From: Candidatus Marinacidobacterales bacterium
GTDB lineage: Bacteria; Acidobacteriota; Vicinamibacteria; Marinacidobacterales; DATDRI01
Assembly (NCBI GenBank): GCA_965226495.1
Contig: OZ245365.1
Location: 1,120,001 to 1,184,000, forward strand
Direction: 5' to 3'
DNA: 64,000 nt
Positions 39,341 through 48,548 of the stretch are shown in pieces. The notes beneath the pieces were generated by a model. It was not told the origin of the DNA and made no database searches. It was given only the letters and a program-made list of their open reading frames with translations. How positions within the stretch are numbered: position 1 is the stretch's first letter; each line of letters begins with the position of its first letter. The position numbers were made by a program, and so were the translations under genes.

Positions 39341-40012
39341 ATGTCACAGAAGAAATCTTCCCTTCAAGACGTCAAACCCGAAAACAGCGCTCTTCTCGTC
39401 ATCGATATGAGCAGGGACTTTCTCGCTCCGGGGGCTCCCCTGGAGAATTCCGCCGGTCGTGAAATGGCGGATCACCTGTCGGAGTTGATGGATCGGTGCC
39501 GCGCGGTCGGCTTGCCGATCATTTACGTCAATCATGTCCATCATCCCGAAACACGAAACATTGGTACTCTGGCGGAGCGTTTCCCGAACATCGGTCAGGG
39601 CAAAGTACTCCGGGCCGGCAGTCGCGGTGTCGAAATGTGGGAGAAGATCGCTCCCAAGGAAGGCGACATCATCGTAGAGAAGATCCGGCAGTCGGGCTTC
39701 GTCTATACCGGCCTCGAGGCCACGTTGCGGGAGCTCGGTGTTCGCAACGTTATTGTGAGTGGCGTTTCGGTGGGAGCGTGCGTGGAGTGTACGGCTAGGG
39801 ATGCCGTGGCCCGCGACTTCCATACCATCATGTTGAGCGACGGCACTTCCGCGAACTCTCTGCCCGATCAAGGGTGGGGTGAGATCGATTTCGAGACGCT
39901 ACAGCGGGTGTTCCTCAGTAACTTCGCCTTCCACTTTGGCGGAGTGGCTTCCATTGACGAGCTGATGAACGGTCCACTTGCTGCGAGTGAGCCGGGGCGC
40001 CGGGCGGGCTAG
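39341..40012 (+). CDS. Isochorismatase-family cysteine hydrolase (RutB-like)
   Basis: ALLVIDMSRDF, IVEKIRQSGF, GACVECTARDA. Confidence 0.9.
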   Translation: MSQKKSSLQDVKPENSALLVIDMSRDFLAPGAPLENSAGREMADHLSELMDRCRAVGLPIIYVNHVHHPETRNIGTLAERFPNIGQGKVLRAGSRGVEMWEKIAPKEGDIIVEKIRQSGFVYTGLEATLRELGVRNVIVSGVSVGACVECTARDAVARDFHTIMLSDGTSANSLPDQGWGEIDFETLQRVFLSNFAFHFGGVASIDELMNGPLAASEPGRRAG

Positions 40013-41445
40013 CGAGAATTCAAACGAGGTCTCAGAGGGTCACCCGCGACGTCGTCGCGGATCGTCTTCAGCTTGACCAATAGTTCGGACAGGACCTCGG
40101 GTCTTTCGGAAGCCACGTCGACAACTTCGAAACGGTTGTCGCCGAAGTCGTATAGTCGAACATCTTTGAGCGTTTCGTCGGACAGTAACTTCCAATTCCC
40201 GTCCCGCAAGGCGAAGTGGAAACCCTGGTCATCGTCGAATTCCCAATAGAGCGGCTGCTCTCGGGCGAATGGTTCGCCCCGGAGAACCGCTGAAAAATCC
40301 TCGCCATCGATGGGCCGGTCGTCGGGGACCGAAAACCGTGCGAGGGAAGCGAGTGTCGGCAGTAAGTCGTAACCGATGAGCGGTGCGTTGGACTCGGATC
40401 CCGGCGTCACATGTCCCGGCCATCGAACGATCGCCGGCACCCGGATGCCGCCCTCGTAAAGATCGGCTTTGCGTCCGCGGAACCCTCCTGTACTGCCGTA
40501 GAGGTTGATCTCCCACCAATGCCTCCAGTCGGTCGTGACCGGCCCGTTATCGCTCGCAAAGAACAAGAACGTGTTGTCCCGTAAACCGAGGCGGTCGATG
40601 CGACGCAGCAGCCGACCGATCTGGTAATCCATATAAGTAATGTTGGCGTAGTATTCGCCCGGACCGCGGGCAGCGAGATTGTGCGGGATATCGAGCGTAT
40701 TGGCGATGGGATCGGGCTGTCCGGAGGTGAGATCCGCATAGATCTGGTTCACCCAACTAGGGTTCGCGATCGTGGAATGTGGCTCGATCAACGGCAGGTA
40801 CATAAAAAATGGAGTATCCGCGGTCCGCTGGCCAAGCCACTCCATCGCCTCGTCAACGACGATCTGCGCGGTGAACCCTTGCATCGGACCGAGCGGCTCG
40901 CCGTTTCGATAGAAGTTTACGGGATTCTGATTGTGCGGAATTGGCCAGGCGTGGAGCGCGAGCCAGCGATCGAATCCGTGATCGCCGGGCTGCGTGTGGT
41001 CTTGGCGATCCAGACCGCCATTCAGATGCCACTTCCCGGCCATGAAGGTTTGATAGCCCTTTTCTTTGAGCAACGTGGCGATCGTGATCTCGCGAGGCCC
41101 GAGCTGCACATCCGTGTCGGGTGGAATCCAGCTTTCGATACCGGTCCGGTAGTGAGTCCTGCCGGTGAGTAGCGATGCGCGGGAGGGCGAGCAAAGAGGA
41201 GAGGGCGCGTAGTATGAAGTCAGGCGCATGCCGTCCTGAGCTAGCCGATCGAGTGTCGGGGTCCGGAGCGTGTGGTGACCGTAGCTTCCTAAGTCCCCGT
41301 AGCCGAGATCGTCGGCGTAGATGACGAGGATGTTGGGAGGGACTTGGTCGGGCTGCGGGGCCGCCGGCGCGGCAGAAAACGCGCCCCCCGCGAACGTTGC
41401 CGCTAGGAAGGTCGCGCCTATTCGAAGGGATCGATATTGGGCCAT
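40009..41445 (-). CDS. Secreted formylglycine-type (Cys) arylsulfatase
   Basis: Signal peptide; PNILVIYADDLGYGDL, CSPSRASLLTGR, GKWHL, SDNG, LYEGGIRVP. Confidence 0.95.
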   Translation of the reverse strand: MAQYRSLRIGATFLAATFAGGAFSAAPAAPQPDQVPPNILVIYADDLGYGDLGSYGHHTLRTPTLDRLAQDGMRLTSYYAPSPLCSPSRASLLTGRTHYRTGIESWIPPDTDVQLGPREITIATLLKEKGYQTFMAGKWHLNGGLDRQDHTQPGDHGFDRWLALHAWPIPHNQNPVNFYRNGEPLGPMQGFTAQIVVDEAMEWLGQRTADTPFFMYLPLIEPHSTIANPSWVNQIYADLTSGQPDPIANTLDIPHNLAARGPGEYYANITYMDYQIGRLLRRIDRLGLRDNTFLFFASDNGPVTTDWRHWWEINLYGSTGGFRGRKADLYEGGIRVPAIVRWPGHVTPGSESNAPLIGYDLLPTLASLARFSVPDDRPIDGEDFSAVLRGEPFAREQPLYWEFDDDQGFHFALRDGNWKLLSDETLKDVRLYDFGDNRFEVVDVASERPEVLSELLVKLKTIRDDVAGDPLRPRLNSR

Positions 41446-41499
41446 CGGGGATATAGTTCATAGCATGATTCACTCAACACACCAAATCGGCCGGTCGTG

Positions 41500-42510
41500 A
41501 TGGCGAAAAAGCCCGAGAAGAAAGTCCGGTTCGACATAGGACTTCTGCCGACTCGGCCCGTTGGCGAGGTGGCAGAACTTGCCGTTGTCGCCGAGGAGGC
41601 GGGATTTGGCGGTGTTTGGGTCGCCGATTCGCAATCCGTGTTTCGCGATGCCTGGGCAACCCTCGCCCTGTGCGCCGATCGGACGCAGAAGATCCGTTTG
41701 GCCACCGGGGTTACAAATCCGATCACCCGTCACCCCGCCGTGCTGGCCGGCAACATCGCGACTTTGAACGAGCTCTCCGGTGGGAGAGCGATTCTCGGAG
41801 TGGGGCGTGGTGAAAGTGCCGTTTACAACCTGGGATTGAAGCCAGCGACGATCCGACAGTGGGAAGACCGCGCTCTGACGATTAGAGCTCTCCTTCAAGG
41901 AGGTACGACCACGTATCAAGGTCGGGAGATTCGGATGGCCTGGCCGGTCTCGCCGGTCCCCATCTTCTTTGCCGCATCCGGTCCGAAGGCGCTCCAATCG
42001 GCAGGGAAGGTTGCCGATGGAGTCCTCTTCCAAGTGGGCTCCGAGACTTCCTTGATCGAGTACGCTCTCGAGAACGTACGAAAGGGAGCCGCCGCCGCCG
42101 GCCGGAATTTCGACGAGATCCAATTGTTCGTGAGGCTCGCCTGCAACGTTGGGCGAGACCGCGTCCGTGCGAGAGAAGAGGTCAAAGGTTATGGAGCGGT
42201 GGCGGCGGGCACCGTGTTCAGCTCGGTCCCCAAGGAGGTTTTTCCAGAGCGCCTGTGGTTGGAGCTAAAGGAAATGAAGGATCGGTACGACTACTACCAG
42301 CACGGGAGCTCAGACGCCGTACACAATGAGCTGGTGACGGATCGCATCCTCGACTCAATTGCTATCGCCGGAACGCCCGAGGAAGCCGTCTCACGTTTTC
42401 AAGAGATCGTACGCCTCGGCGTCGATGGCTTCGTCATACCCATTACCAGTAGCCAGCCTCGAGCACTCCTCCGGACGCTCTCCGAAGATGTCATCGCTTC
42501 CCTAATATAG
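41500..42510 (+). CDS. LLM class (Mer-like) flavin/F420-dependent oxidoreductase
   Basis: AEEAGFGGVWVADSQ, LATGVTNPITRHP, LSGGRAILGVGRG, AASGPKAL...ADGV. Confidence 0.9.
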   Translation: MAKKPEKKVRFDIGLLPTRPVGEVAELAVVAEEAGFGGVWVADSQSVFRDAWATLALCADRTQKIRLATGVTNPITRHPAVLAGNIATLNELSGGRAILGVGRGESAVYNLGLKPATIRQWEDRALTIRALLQGGTTTYQGREIRMAWPVSPVPIFFAASGPKALQSAGKVADGVLFQVGSETSLIEYALENVRKGAAAAGRNFDEIQLFVRLACNVGRDRVRAREEVKGYGAVAAGTVFSSVPKEVFPERLWLELKEMKDRYDYYQHGSSDAVHNELVTDRILDSIAIAGTPEEAVSRFQEIVRLGVDGFVIPITSSQPRALLRTLSEDVIASLI

Positions 42511-42605
42511 GTGGAGGACGTCAGTTTACGCGGTAAACTACAGGGCCAACCGTAGCCGAGCCATCAGGAGAACCGTGGCCATCGATCAAGGGCGGAAAGC
42601 TGGGA

Positions 42606-43004
42606 ATGAAGATCGCTGTCGTTTACCGTCCCTATCACGCGCGACTTCGAGAACTGCCGCAGTCAGGCGTTAAGTTAGGGGTCGACCTACACACAATGGC
42701 TTCTCATGGGCCACCGGTGGGGCCCGATCCTGGAGTCGAACGACCTTGGGTATGTTTGAGCAACGGGGAGGGAACTACCTGTCCCCAAGAATGGATCGAA
42801 TCTTTGAAAGCTTGTTTCGAAGAAAGTTTCGGCACGAACGTCCGTCTTAACGATCCTTTCAAGGGAGGCTTCATCGCCCGCTCCCATTCAACCGAGTTAC
42901 CGTGGTTGCAAGTAGAGCTTTCCCGCGCCGCTTTCATGACGAACATCGAGAAACGCCAGGGTGTTCTCGCAGCGCTTCGACAGTGGTGCGAGCAGAGTTT
43001 CTGA
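42606..43004 (+). pseudogene. N-formylglutamate amidohydrolase, 5'-truncated fragment
   Basis: YRPYHARL, DLHTM, NDPFKGGFI, LQVELSR are present; the N-terminal PH-G half is absent. Confidence 0.7.
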
Positions 43005-43224
43005 GCCCGTCTTCCAACCTCACAAGACGGAGACTGGGAGACGACGCGTTATGCCATTCTTCGACCTTCTGTTAAACTAAGGAAAGCCCTACAGGAGGAT
43101 AGCCAGGAAAGCTGATCTGAACTGGGCAGCCTTTTTCTGCCCGGAACGAGGCACGATTGGATAACCTCCGCCCATCCCATAGACCGGATAATTTGAAGCT
43201 GCTTTTCCGCACAGGTGAGACCAC

Positions 43225-44547
43225 ATGAGTAGCTTGATCCAGACCAAGCAGCGCCCCGTGACCGCGTACCCAACCGTGAACCTCAATCTCAACGTCCGGG
43301 GCCTGACCCCCTCGGCGACCCTCGCCATCAACGAGCGAAGCACGGAGCTTCTTCAGCAGGGCCGGGAGGTCTTCAAGCTGGGACTGGGGCAGTCTCCTTT
43401 CCCCGTCCCCCGGGTCGTGGTCGAGGCGCTCCGGGAGAACGCTCATCAAAAAGACTACCTTCCGGTGAGGGGGCTGGGTGCCCTCCGGGAGTCGGTCGCG
43501 GCCTATCACGCCCGCAAACACGGTATAGAGCGAACAGGAGACAACGTGCTGGTCGGACCGGGCTCGAAAGAGCTGATGTTCCTGATCCAGCTCGTTTATT
43601 ACGGCGATCTCGTTATCCCCACGCCGTCATGGGTCACATACGCCCCGCAGGCCCAGATCATTGGTCGCCACGTCCGCTGGCTCAACACTCAGCGCAGCTC
43701 GCATTGGGAGCTGCGGCCCGAGGAGCTCGAGGAGCTCTGTCACGATGATCCCGATCGACCCCGACTGGTGATTCTCAACTACCCGAACAATCCTACCGGT
43801 TGCACCTATCCGGTCGACACTTTAAAGGAGCTCGCAGAAGTCGCCCGGCGCTACCGCGTGGTCATGCTATCCGACGAAATCTACGGCGAGATTCATCATG
43901 ACGGTCGTCATAACTCGATGGCCGAGTTTTACCCCGAAGGGACGATTATCAGCTCCGGCCTGAGCAAATGGTGCGGCGCTGGAGGGTGGAGGCTCGGCAC
44001 GTTTACTTTTCCTGACAGCTTGGCGTGGCTTCAGCAATCCGTGGCGGTGGTCGCCAGCGAGACCTTCACGTCGACCAGCGCTCCCATCCAATACGCAGCG
44101 GTCCGAGCCTTCGAGGGCGGGGAGGAGATCGAAAGCTATCTCTTCCAGTGCCGGCGAATACTCCGTGCCTTGGGCCAATGCTGTTTTGACCGCCTAAAGA
44201 AAGCGCGGATTGAGTTGACTCCGCCCGATGGAGCCTTCTACCTCTTTCCCGACTTCCGCGTCTTCAGAGGGAAGCTGCGGAAGGTCGGCATCCGCACCAG
44301 CGCCGATCTGTGCGATAGACTGCTCGAAGAGACCGGCGTTGCCATGCTCCCCGGCTCGGCCTTCGGCCGGCGCGCGGCCGAGTTGACGTTGCGTATGGCC
44401 TATGTCGATTTCGATGGCACTGCGGCACTCATCGCTGCCACGGGCACGACTCCGGATCAACCCCTGGGCGAGGCTTTCGCCCGGGAGCATTGCCGTCCCG
44501 TATTAGAGGCATTGGACCGGATCTGCCATTGGGTGTCGGCGCTCTAG
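43225..44547 (+). CDS. Class I/II PLP-dependent aminotransferase (aspartate aminotransferase-like)
   Basis: LGLGQSPFP, NYPNNPTG, SDEIY, SGLSKWCGAGGWRLG, GAFYLF. Confidence 0.93.
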   Translation: MSSLIQTKQRPVTAYPTVNLNLNVRGLTPSATLAINERSTELLQQGREVFKLGLGQSPFPVPRVVVEALRENAHQKDYLPVRGLGALRESVAAYHARKHGIERTGDNVLVGPGSKELMFLIQLVYYGDLVIPTPSWVTYAPQAQIIGRHVRWLNTQRSSHWELRPEELEELCHDDPDRPRLVILNYPNNPTGCTYPVDTLKELAEVARRYRVVMLSDEIYGEIHHDGRHNSMAEFYPEGTIISSGLSKWCGAGGWRLGTFTFPDSLAWLQQSVAVVASETFTSTSAPIQYAAVRAFEGGEEIESYLFQCRRILRALGQCCFDRLKKARIELTPPDGAFYLFPDFRVFRGKLRKVGIRTSADLCDRLLEETGVAMLPGSAFGRRAAELTLRMAYVDFDGTAALIAATGTTPDQPLGEAFAREHCRPVLEALDRICHWVSAL

Positions 44548-44576
44548 AGCCTAGTGGTTCCAATCCTCCCGTCCTT

Positions 44577-45287
44577 CTACACGTGGTGTATTTCGTCCGG
44601 TGGTTCCTGTTTGGTTTTTCCATCCCGCAGGTGCCTCTCCAACACGTCTCGCGCGATGTCCTTGCCCGCCAGGCCGAACGACAACGCCAAGGCCAACACG
44701 ATGCCGCCGAAGGTGATGGAGAATGCGGCGAGCACCACCGTCCGTCCGATCGAAAGATGCTCCAATGCCACGGCAAAACCGAGGATGAGTATTGCGGCTT
44801 GAACCGATCGGGCGACCAGGCTCGCACGCGGAACGCTAGCGTTGACCAACGCGATAAGCACGCTTCGGTGTAGGAATCGAGCCAACAAGTAGCTAACCGC
44901 CAAAATAGCCAAGGCTACCAGAATGTTTGGAAGGTATCCGAAGAAGCTGGAAATGAGCTCGGTCGTTGCCTTCAGATTCAAAGCGGAAAGCGCCATAAAA
45001 AAGAAAATCAGCGCTAGGAGATAGTACACGACTTTCGCGACCAAATCGGAAGGGGACAGCCGAACTCCTCCCCGGGTCAGGACCTCTCCGAGACCCGAGC
45101 GTTGACTAAAGGTATTGAAACCGGCAAACCGGAGAAATCTCCGCAAGAACGCCCGCACCAACCGCGCAAAGATTGCCCCGAAGAGCAAAACCGCGAACAT
45201 GAGAAGAACGTTAGGGAGGAACTCGAGCACCCGATCCACGAAGAGTCGTATGGGTTCCATCACAGGATGGTTGTACCAATCGGGCAT
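44577..45287 (-). CDS. CmpX-like / MscS TM-helix repeat membrane protein
   Basis: Two FLPN/YLPN TM-helix repeats; ALALSFGLAGKDIA. Confidence 0.8.
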   Translation of the reverse strand: MPDWYNHPVMEPIRLFVDRVLEFLPNVLLMFAVLLFGAIFARLVRAFLRRFLRFAGFNTFSQRSGLGEVLTRGGVRLSPSDLVAKVVYYLLALIFFFMALSALNLKATTELISSFFGYLPNILVALAILAVSYLLARFLHRSVLIALVNASVPRASLVARSVQAAILILGFAVALEHLSIGRTVVLAAFSITFGGIVLALALSFGLAGKDIARDVLERHLRDGKTKQEPPDEIHHV

Positions 45288-45290
45288 GGT

Positions 45291-46571
45291 TTACCTCCCC
45301 TCGTTTGCGGCTTGCCAGCGGCCGACGAAATGAGCCTTTTCCGACTCGTAGGCTTTTGCGAGAGCTTCGATTTTTTCCTCGACTTCATCCGAGTCCGACT
45401 CCGCGGTGTCCAGGACGAAGGCCGCGGTGCGTCCGAGGTACAGAGGGGTTAGCGACTTCAGTAGATGTTCCAGGCTCATGACGCGGCGACGATAGGCGAG
45501 CGCAAAGTCGTAGACGACCGAGGCCCAGAGATCGTCTGGGAAAGCGTGGGTTGCCCCGCCGGCGATCTCTTGGACCCGTTGTAGGTTCTGCGGTCGGATG
45601 GCATCTTTCCAAACGGGTCCCAAATCTCGAACACCTTGATGGAAGTTGTCGATCATTCTCTGCGTGTTGACCGCGATCGGCTCCAGCCCTACCGAATACT
45701 CGAAGCCAAAATAGGGTATCGGCTCGGACCCTTCGATGCCAGGCCACAATTCTGAATACGTGCCCATGAGCTCGAACACGGAGGAGACAACCTGAACCAA
45801 CATGGCAGAGAGGTCGGCCCCGGGGTCTTTGGCATCGTGGATTTTCGCCCCCAAGTAGGCCTCACACACTTTGAATCCCTCCGCCAAAGCGGTCGTGGTC
45901 ATCCAGATGTCGATACCGAAGCGGGCGACGTTGGTGTCCCAGACGTCTTTCGAGAGATAGCACTTCGCGAGCGCCTGAGAAAATCCGAAGTCGCCTCCGA
46001 TGGGTTGCCGGACCCTCGTGCCGTAAAGCGCCCGAGTCAGCGGATACACGATGCTATTCGTGATGGTTCCGTCGTACTTGTGTCGCCGGTAAAGGGGTGC
46101 GGTATAGTCGTAGCCTTCCTCGAGAATGGGCCCTACCAAAAGTTCCACCCACTCGGGTGTGATACTCCGTAAATCGGAATCGACGACCGCGCAGGCCTTT
46201 ACTCCCAGGAGCTCGGCGATCTTGAAGATGGTTCGAAACGCGCTGCCTTTGCCCGGAAGTCCATGGTAGGGCGTGACAATCTTATGAACCGGGTGCAGAC
46301 GGTGTCGCACCATTAACTTGTCGAGGGCGGTGAACTCCGTGGACGCCACCACCTCGCGGGTGCCGTCGGTTGAGCCACCGTCGGAGTTGACAATGACCGA
46401 GCGGGACTCGGGGAAGTGCTTGGTGAGTCCTGCACTGACCGCCTGGACCACATGAGCAATCGTCCTTGCGTTGTTGAAACTGGGGATGCCCACCAGGATG
46501 TCGACTCTCCCTAGCTCAGCGACTCGCCGGGATGTTTCCTCGCTAAGGAGGCCGTCGTCATTAAGGGCCAT
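45291..46571 (-). CDS. GT-A glycosyltransferase, glucosylglycerate synthase (Ggs)-like
   Basis: VGIPSFNNA, DGGSTDGT, GKGSAFR, VDSDLRSI, RHKYDGTIT, RQPIGGDF, FGIDIWMT, KIHDAKDP. Confidence 0.8.
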   Translation of the reverse strand: MALNDDGLLSEETSRRVAELGRVDILVGIPSFNNARTIAHVVQAVSAGLTKHFPESRSVIVNSDGGSTDGTREVVASTEFTALDKLMVRHRLHPVHKIVTPYHGLPGKGSAFRTIFKIAELLGVKACAVVDSDLRSITPEWVELLVGPILEEGYDYTAPLYRRHKYDGTITNSIVYPLTRALYGTRVRQPIGGDFGFSQALAKCYLSKDVWDTNVARFGIDIWMTTTALAEGFKVCEAYLGAKIHDAKDPGADLSAMLVQVVSSVFELMGTYSELWPGIEGSEPIPYFGFEYSVGLEPIAVNTQRMIDNFHQGVRDLGPVWKDAIRPQNLQRVQEIAGGATHAFPDDLWASVVYDFALAYRRRVMSLEHLLKSLTPLYLGRTAAFVLDTAESDSDEVEEKIEALAKAYESEKAHFVGRWQAANEGR

Positions 46572-46625
46572 CGGGCCATCAATTGTATTACAAGGCGCTC
46601 GGCCTAGGCAGATGAAGAAGTTTCG

Positions 46626-47060
46626 TTATCCCTGCTCTAGGCGGTTCTTGATGATGAACATTTCCGTGTCGTGGGAAGAGCAAGTTTGGAGCCAAGTCTG
46701 GTCGGACGTCCCCTTCGCCCGCCACGTCATCAGAGTAACCAAACACTCTTTCGGCCCTCGACCCACGTTGGTCCCTGGAGTGACCCGTATGACGTTCTTC
46801 GGAACCAGGCGATCGGGAGAAGGACCAATATCGGCGTAGACCATGAGATTTTCCGGATCGGTTCGGAGCCGGATATAGCCTTGGGACCGGTCGAACATCG
46901 AAGTTCCGGTGAACAGGTTGTCGCCAAGTGCCTTGCGGTCCATGCTTCCCAGAGTCCAGTCGCTGTGCTTGACGCCGTCGGAGACATAGGCGAACGCGGC
47001 CTCGGCCGCACAACTCACCGCGATGCTGGAGGTGTGACAGTGGGGGTCGGTCATGTCCAT
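46626..47060 (-). CDS. SRPBCC-like small protein
   Basis: HTSSIAV..AAEAAFAYVSD...WTLGS; C-terminal helix EMFIIKNRLE; AGGAGAG RBS. Confidence 0.6.
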   Translation of the reverse strand: MDMTDPHCHTSSIAVSCAAEAAFAYVSDGVKHSDWTLGSMDRKALGDNLFTGTSMFDRSQGYIRLRTDPENLMVYADIGPSPDRLVPKNVIRVTPGTNVGRGPKECLVTLMTWRAKGTSDQTWLQTCSSHDTEMFIIKNRLEQG

Positions 47061-47113
47061 TGGTTTTCTCTCCTCTGAATCTGAGTCGTTCTCTCAGTGC
47101 TAATATCACATTC

Positions 47114-48246
47114 ATGAAGGTCGCGACGGTCGTTCTTCTACTCGCATTGGCCCTCGGGGTATCGGCGGCCGCCGAGGAACCATTGCCGCGGCACGGGCAT
47201 CGTATGGTCTACGACAGTTCCCGAAAAGCCGTGGTGATGTTCGGCGGCCGGACCCACGACAAGAACTATCTGGGAGATATCTGGAGTTGGGACGGTGAAA
47301 CGTGGACGCAAGTTGCCGCTGCCGGACCCGGGCCGCGCGCCTGGTTCGGCTTGGCCTACGACACGTCCCGTGAGGTTCTCGTCCTTTTTGGAGGGCGCGA
47401 TGCTAGCGGCGAGCCCCGCGCCGACACGTGGGAATTGAGAGGAACGCAATGGACGTTGGTCGCCGAGGCCGGTCCGGAACCGCGGGACCACCACGCGATG
47501 GTTTACGACCCGGCCCGAGCGCCTGGTTCGGCTTGGCCTACGACACGTCCCGTGAGGTTCTCGTCCTTTTTGGAGGGCGCGATGCTAGCGGCGAGCCCCG
47601 CGCCGACACGTGGGAATTGAGAGGAACGCAATGGACGTTGGTCGCCGAGGCCGGTCCGGAACCGCGGGACCACCACGCGATGGTTTACGACCCGGCCCGA
47701 GCTCGCGTGGTGTTGCAAGGGGGCTATAACGGGACGATCTCGTTCGACGATACCTGGGAGTGGAACGGTCGGGCGTGGGCTCGCGTCTCGTCTGGAGTCG
47801 TGGGCGAGCGGGACGCTCACCAGCTCATCTACGATCACGCTCATTCTCGTTCTGTTCTTTACGGAGGGATCTATCTCGACGCCGATCGCAAGACAGTGGT
47901 TCTTGGCGACACCTGGGCTTGGGATGGTGAGTGGGAGCAGCTCGACGAGGGACATGAGAATGGGCGTTCCCACCACTCCATGAGCGTCGATCCGGGATGT
48001 GAGTGTCTCCTCCGATTCGGAGGAGGCGATTCGAAGCGAGTGCCTCGCGGTCGGACGTGGAGGTTTAGGGAAGGGAAGTGGACCGAGTTGCATGTGAACG
48101 GCCCCGACGCACGCGTCGATCACGACATGGCCTTCGATCCCTCTCGAAGCAGGGTGGTGCTCTTCGGTGGCTACATCCCCGCACCGCGCGGCGAGATCTT
48201 TGGAGACACCTGGGAGTGGGATGGGGAGGTTTGGCGGCGACGGTGA
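47114..48246 (+). pseudogene. Secreted Kelch-repeat beta-propeller, frameshifted by a 182-bp tandem duplication
   Basis: Signal peptide; repeated R..H.M.YD....VVLFGG...DTWEW blades; 47339-47520 is identical to 47521-47702. Confidence 0.85.
47339..47702. repeat. Perfect 182-bp direct tandem duplication
   Basis: Two identical units with GC microhomology at the junction. Confidence 0.95.
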
Positions 48247-48548
48247 AGTTTCTATCGCTGCCGCCTGTGGTGAACGTGTGGACCACCTCCCGTCTTCTCC
48301 TTGTCTGTCATTGGCCTTCTTTCGAAGCGCTACTTCATTCGCATTTCGAAGTTCGTGCCGTACTCCTTCCTTTCTGAGAAGGATCTTATGGACTGACGTT
48401 TTGCAGCATCCGCACAAGAGCCTTCGTTATCAGGCTTGCTTCCGCGGATCTTCCACCACAATGAGAATCGTCTCGCCATCACCGGCGCCGACTTTTTCTG
48501 GGGGCGCTGTCATGCGGCGCCCGCCTCGCGACGGGCGCCGCAATTGCT

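Noticed and set aside
42515-42605. Possible IS5-like transposase C-terminal remnant and GTTTAC-GCG-GTAAAC palindrome before the truncated amidohydrolase
   Set aside because: Too short and degenerate to support without a database search.
43005-43224. Leader of the aminotransferase as a riboswitch
   Set aside because: Contains small hairpins (GGGCAG/CTGCCC) but no riboswitch consensus I can recognise.
47339-47702. Direct repeats as a possible CRISPR array
   Set aside because: Only two adjacent 182-bp coding units with no spacers, and no cas genes in the window.
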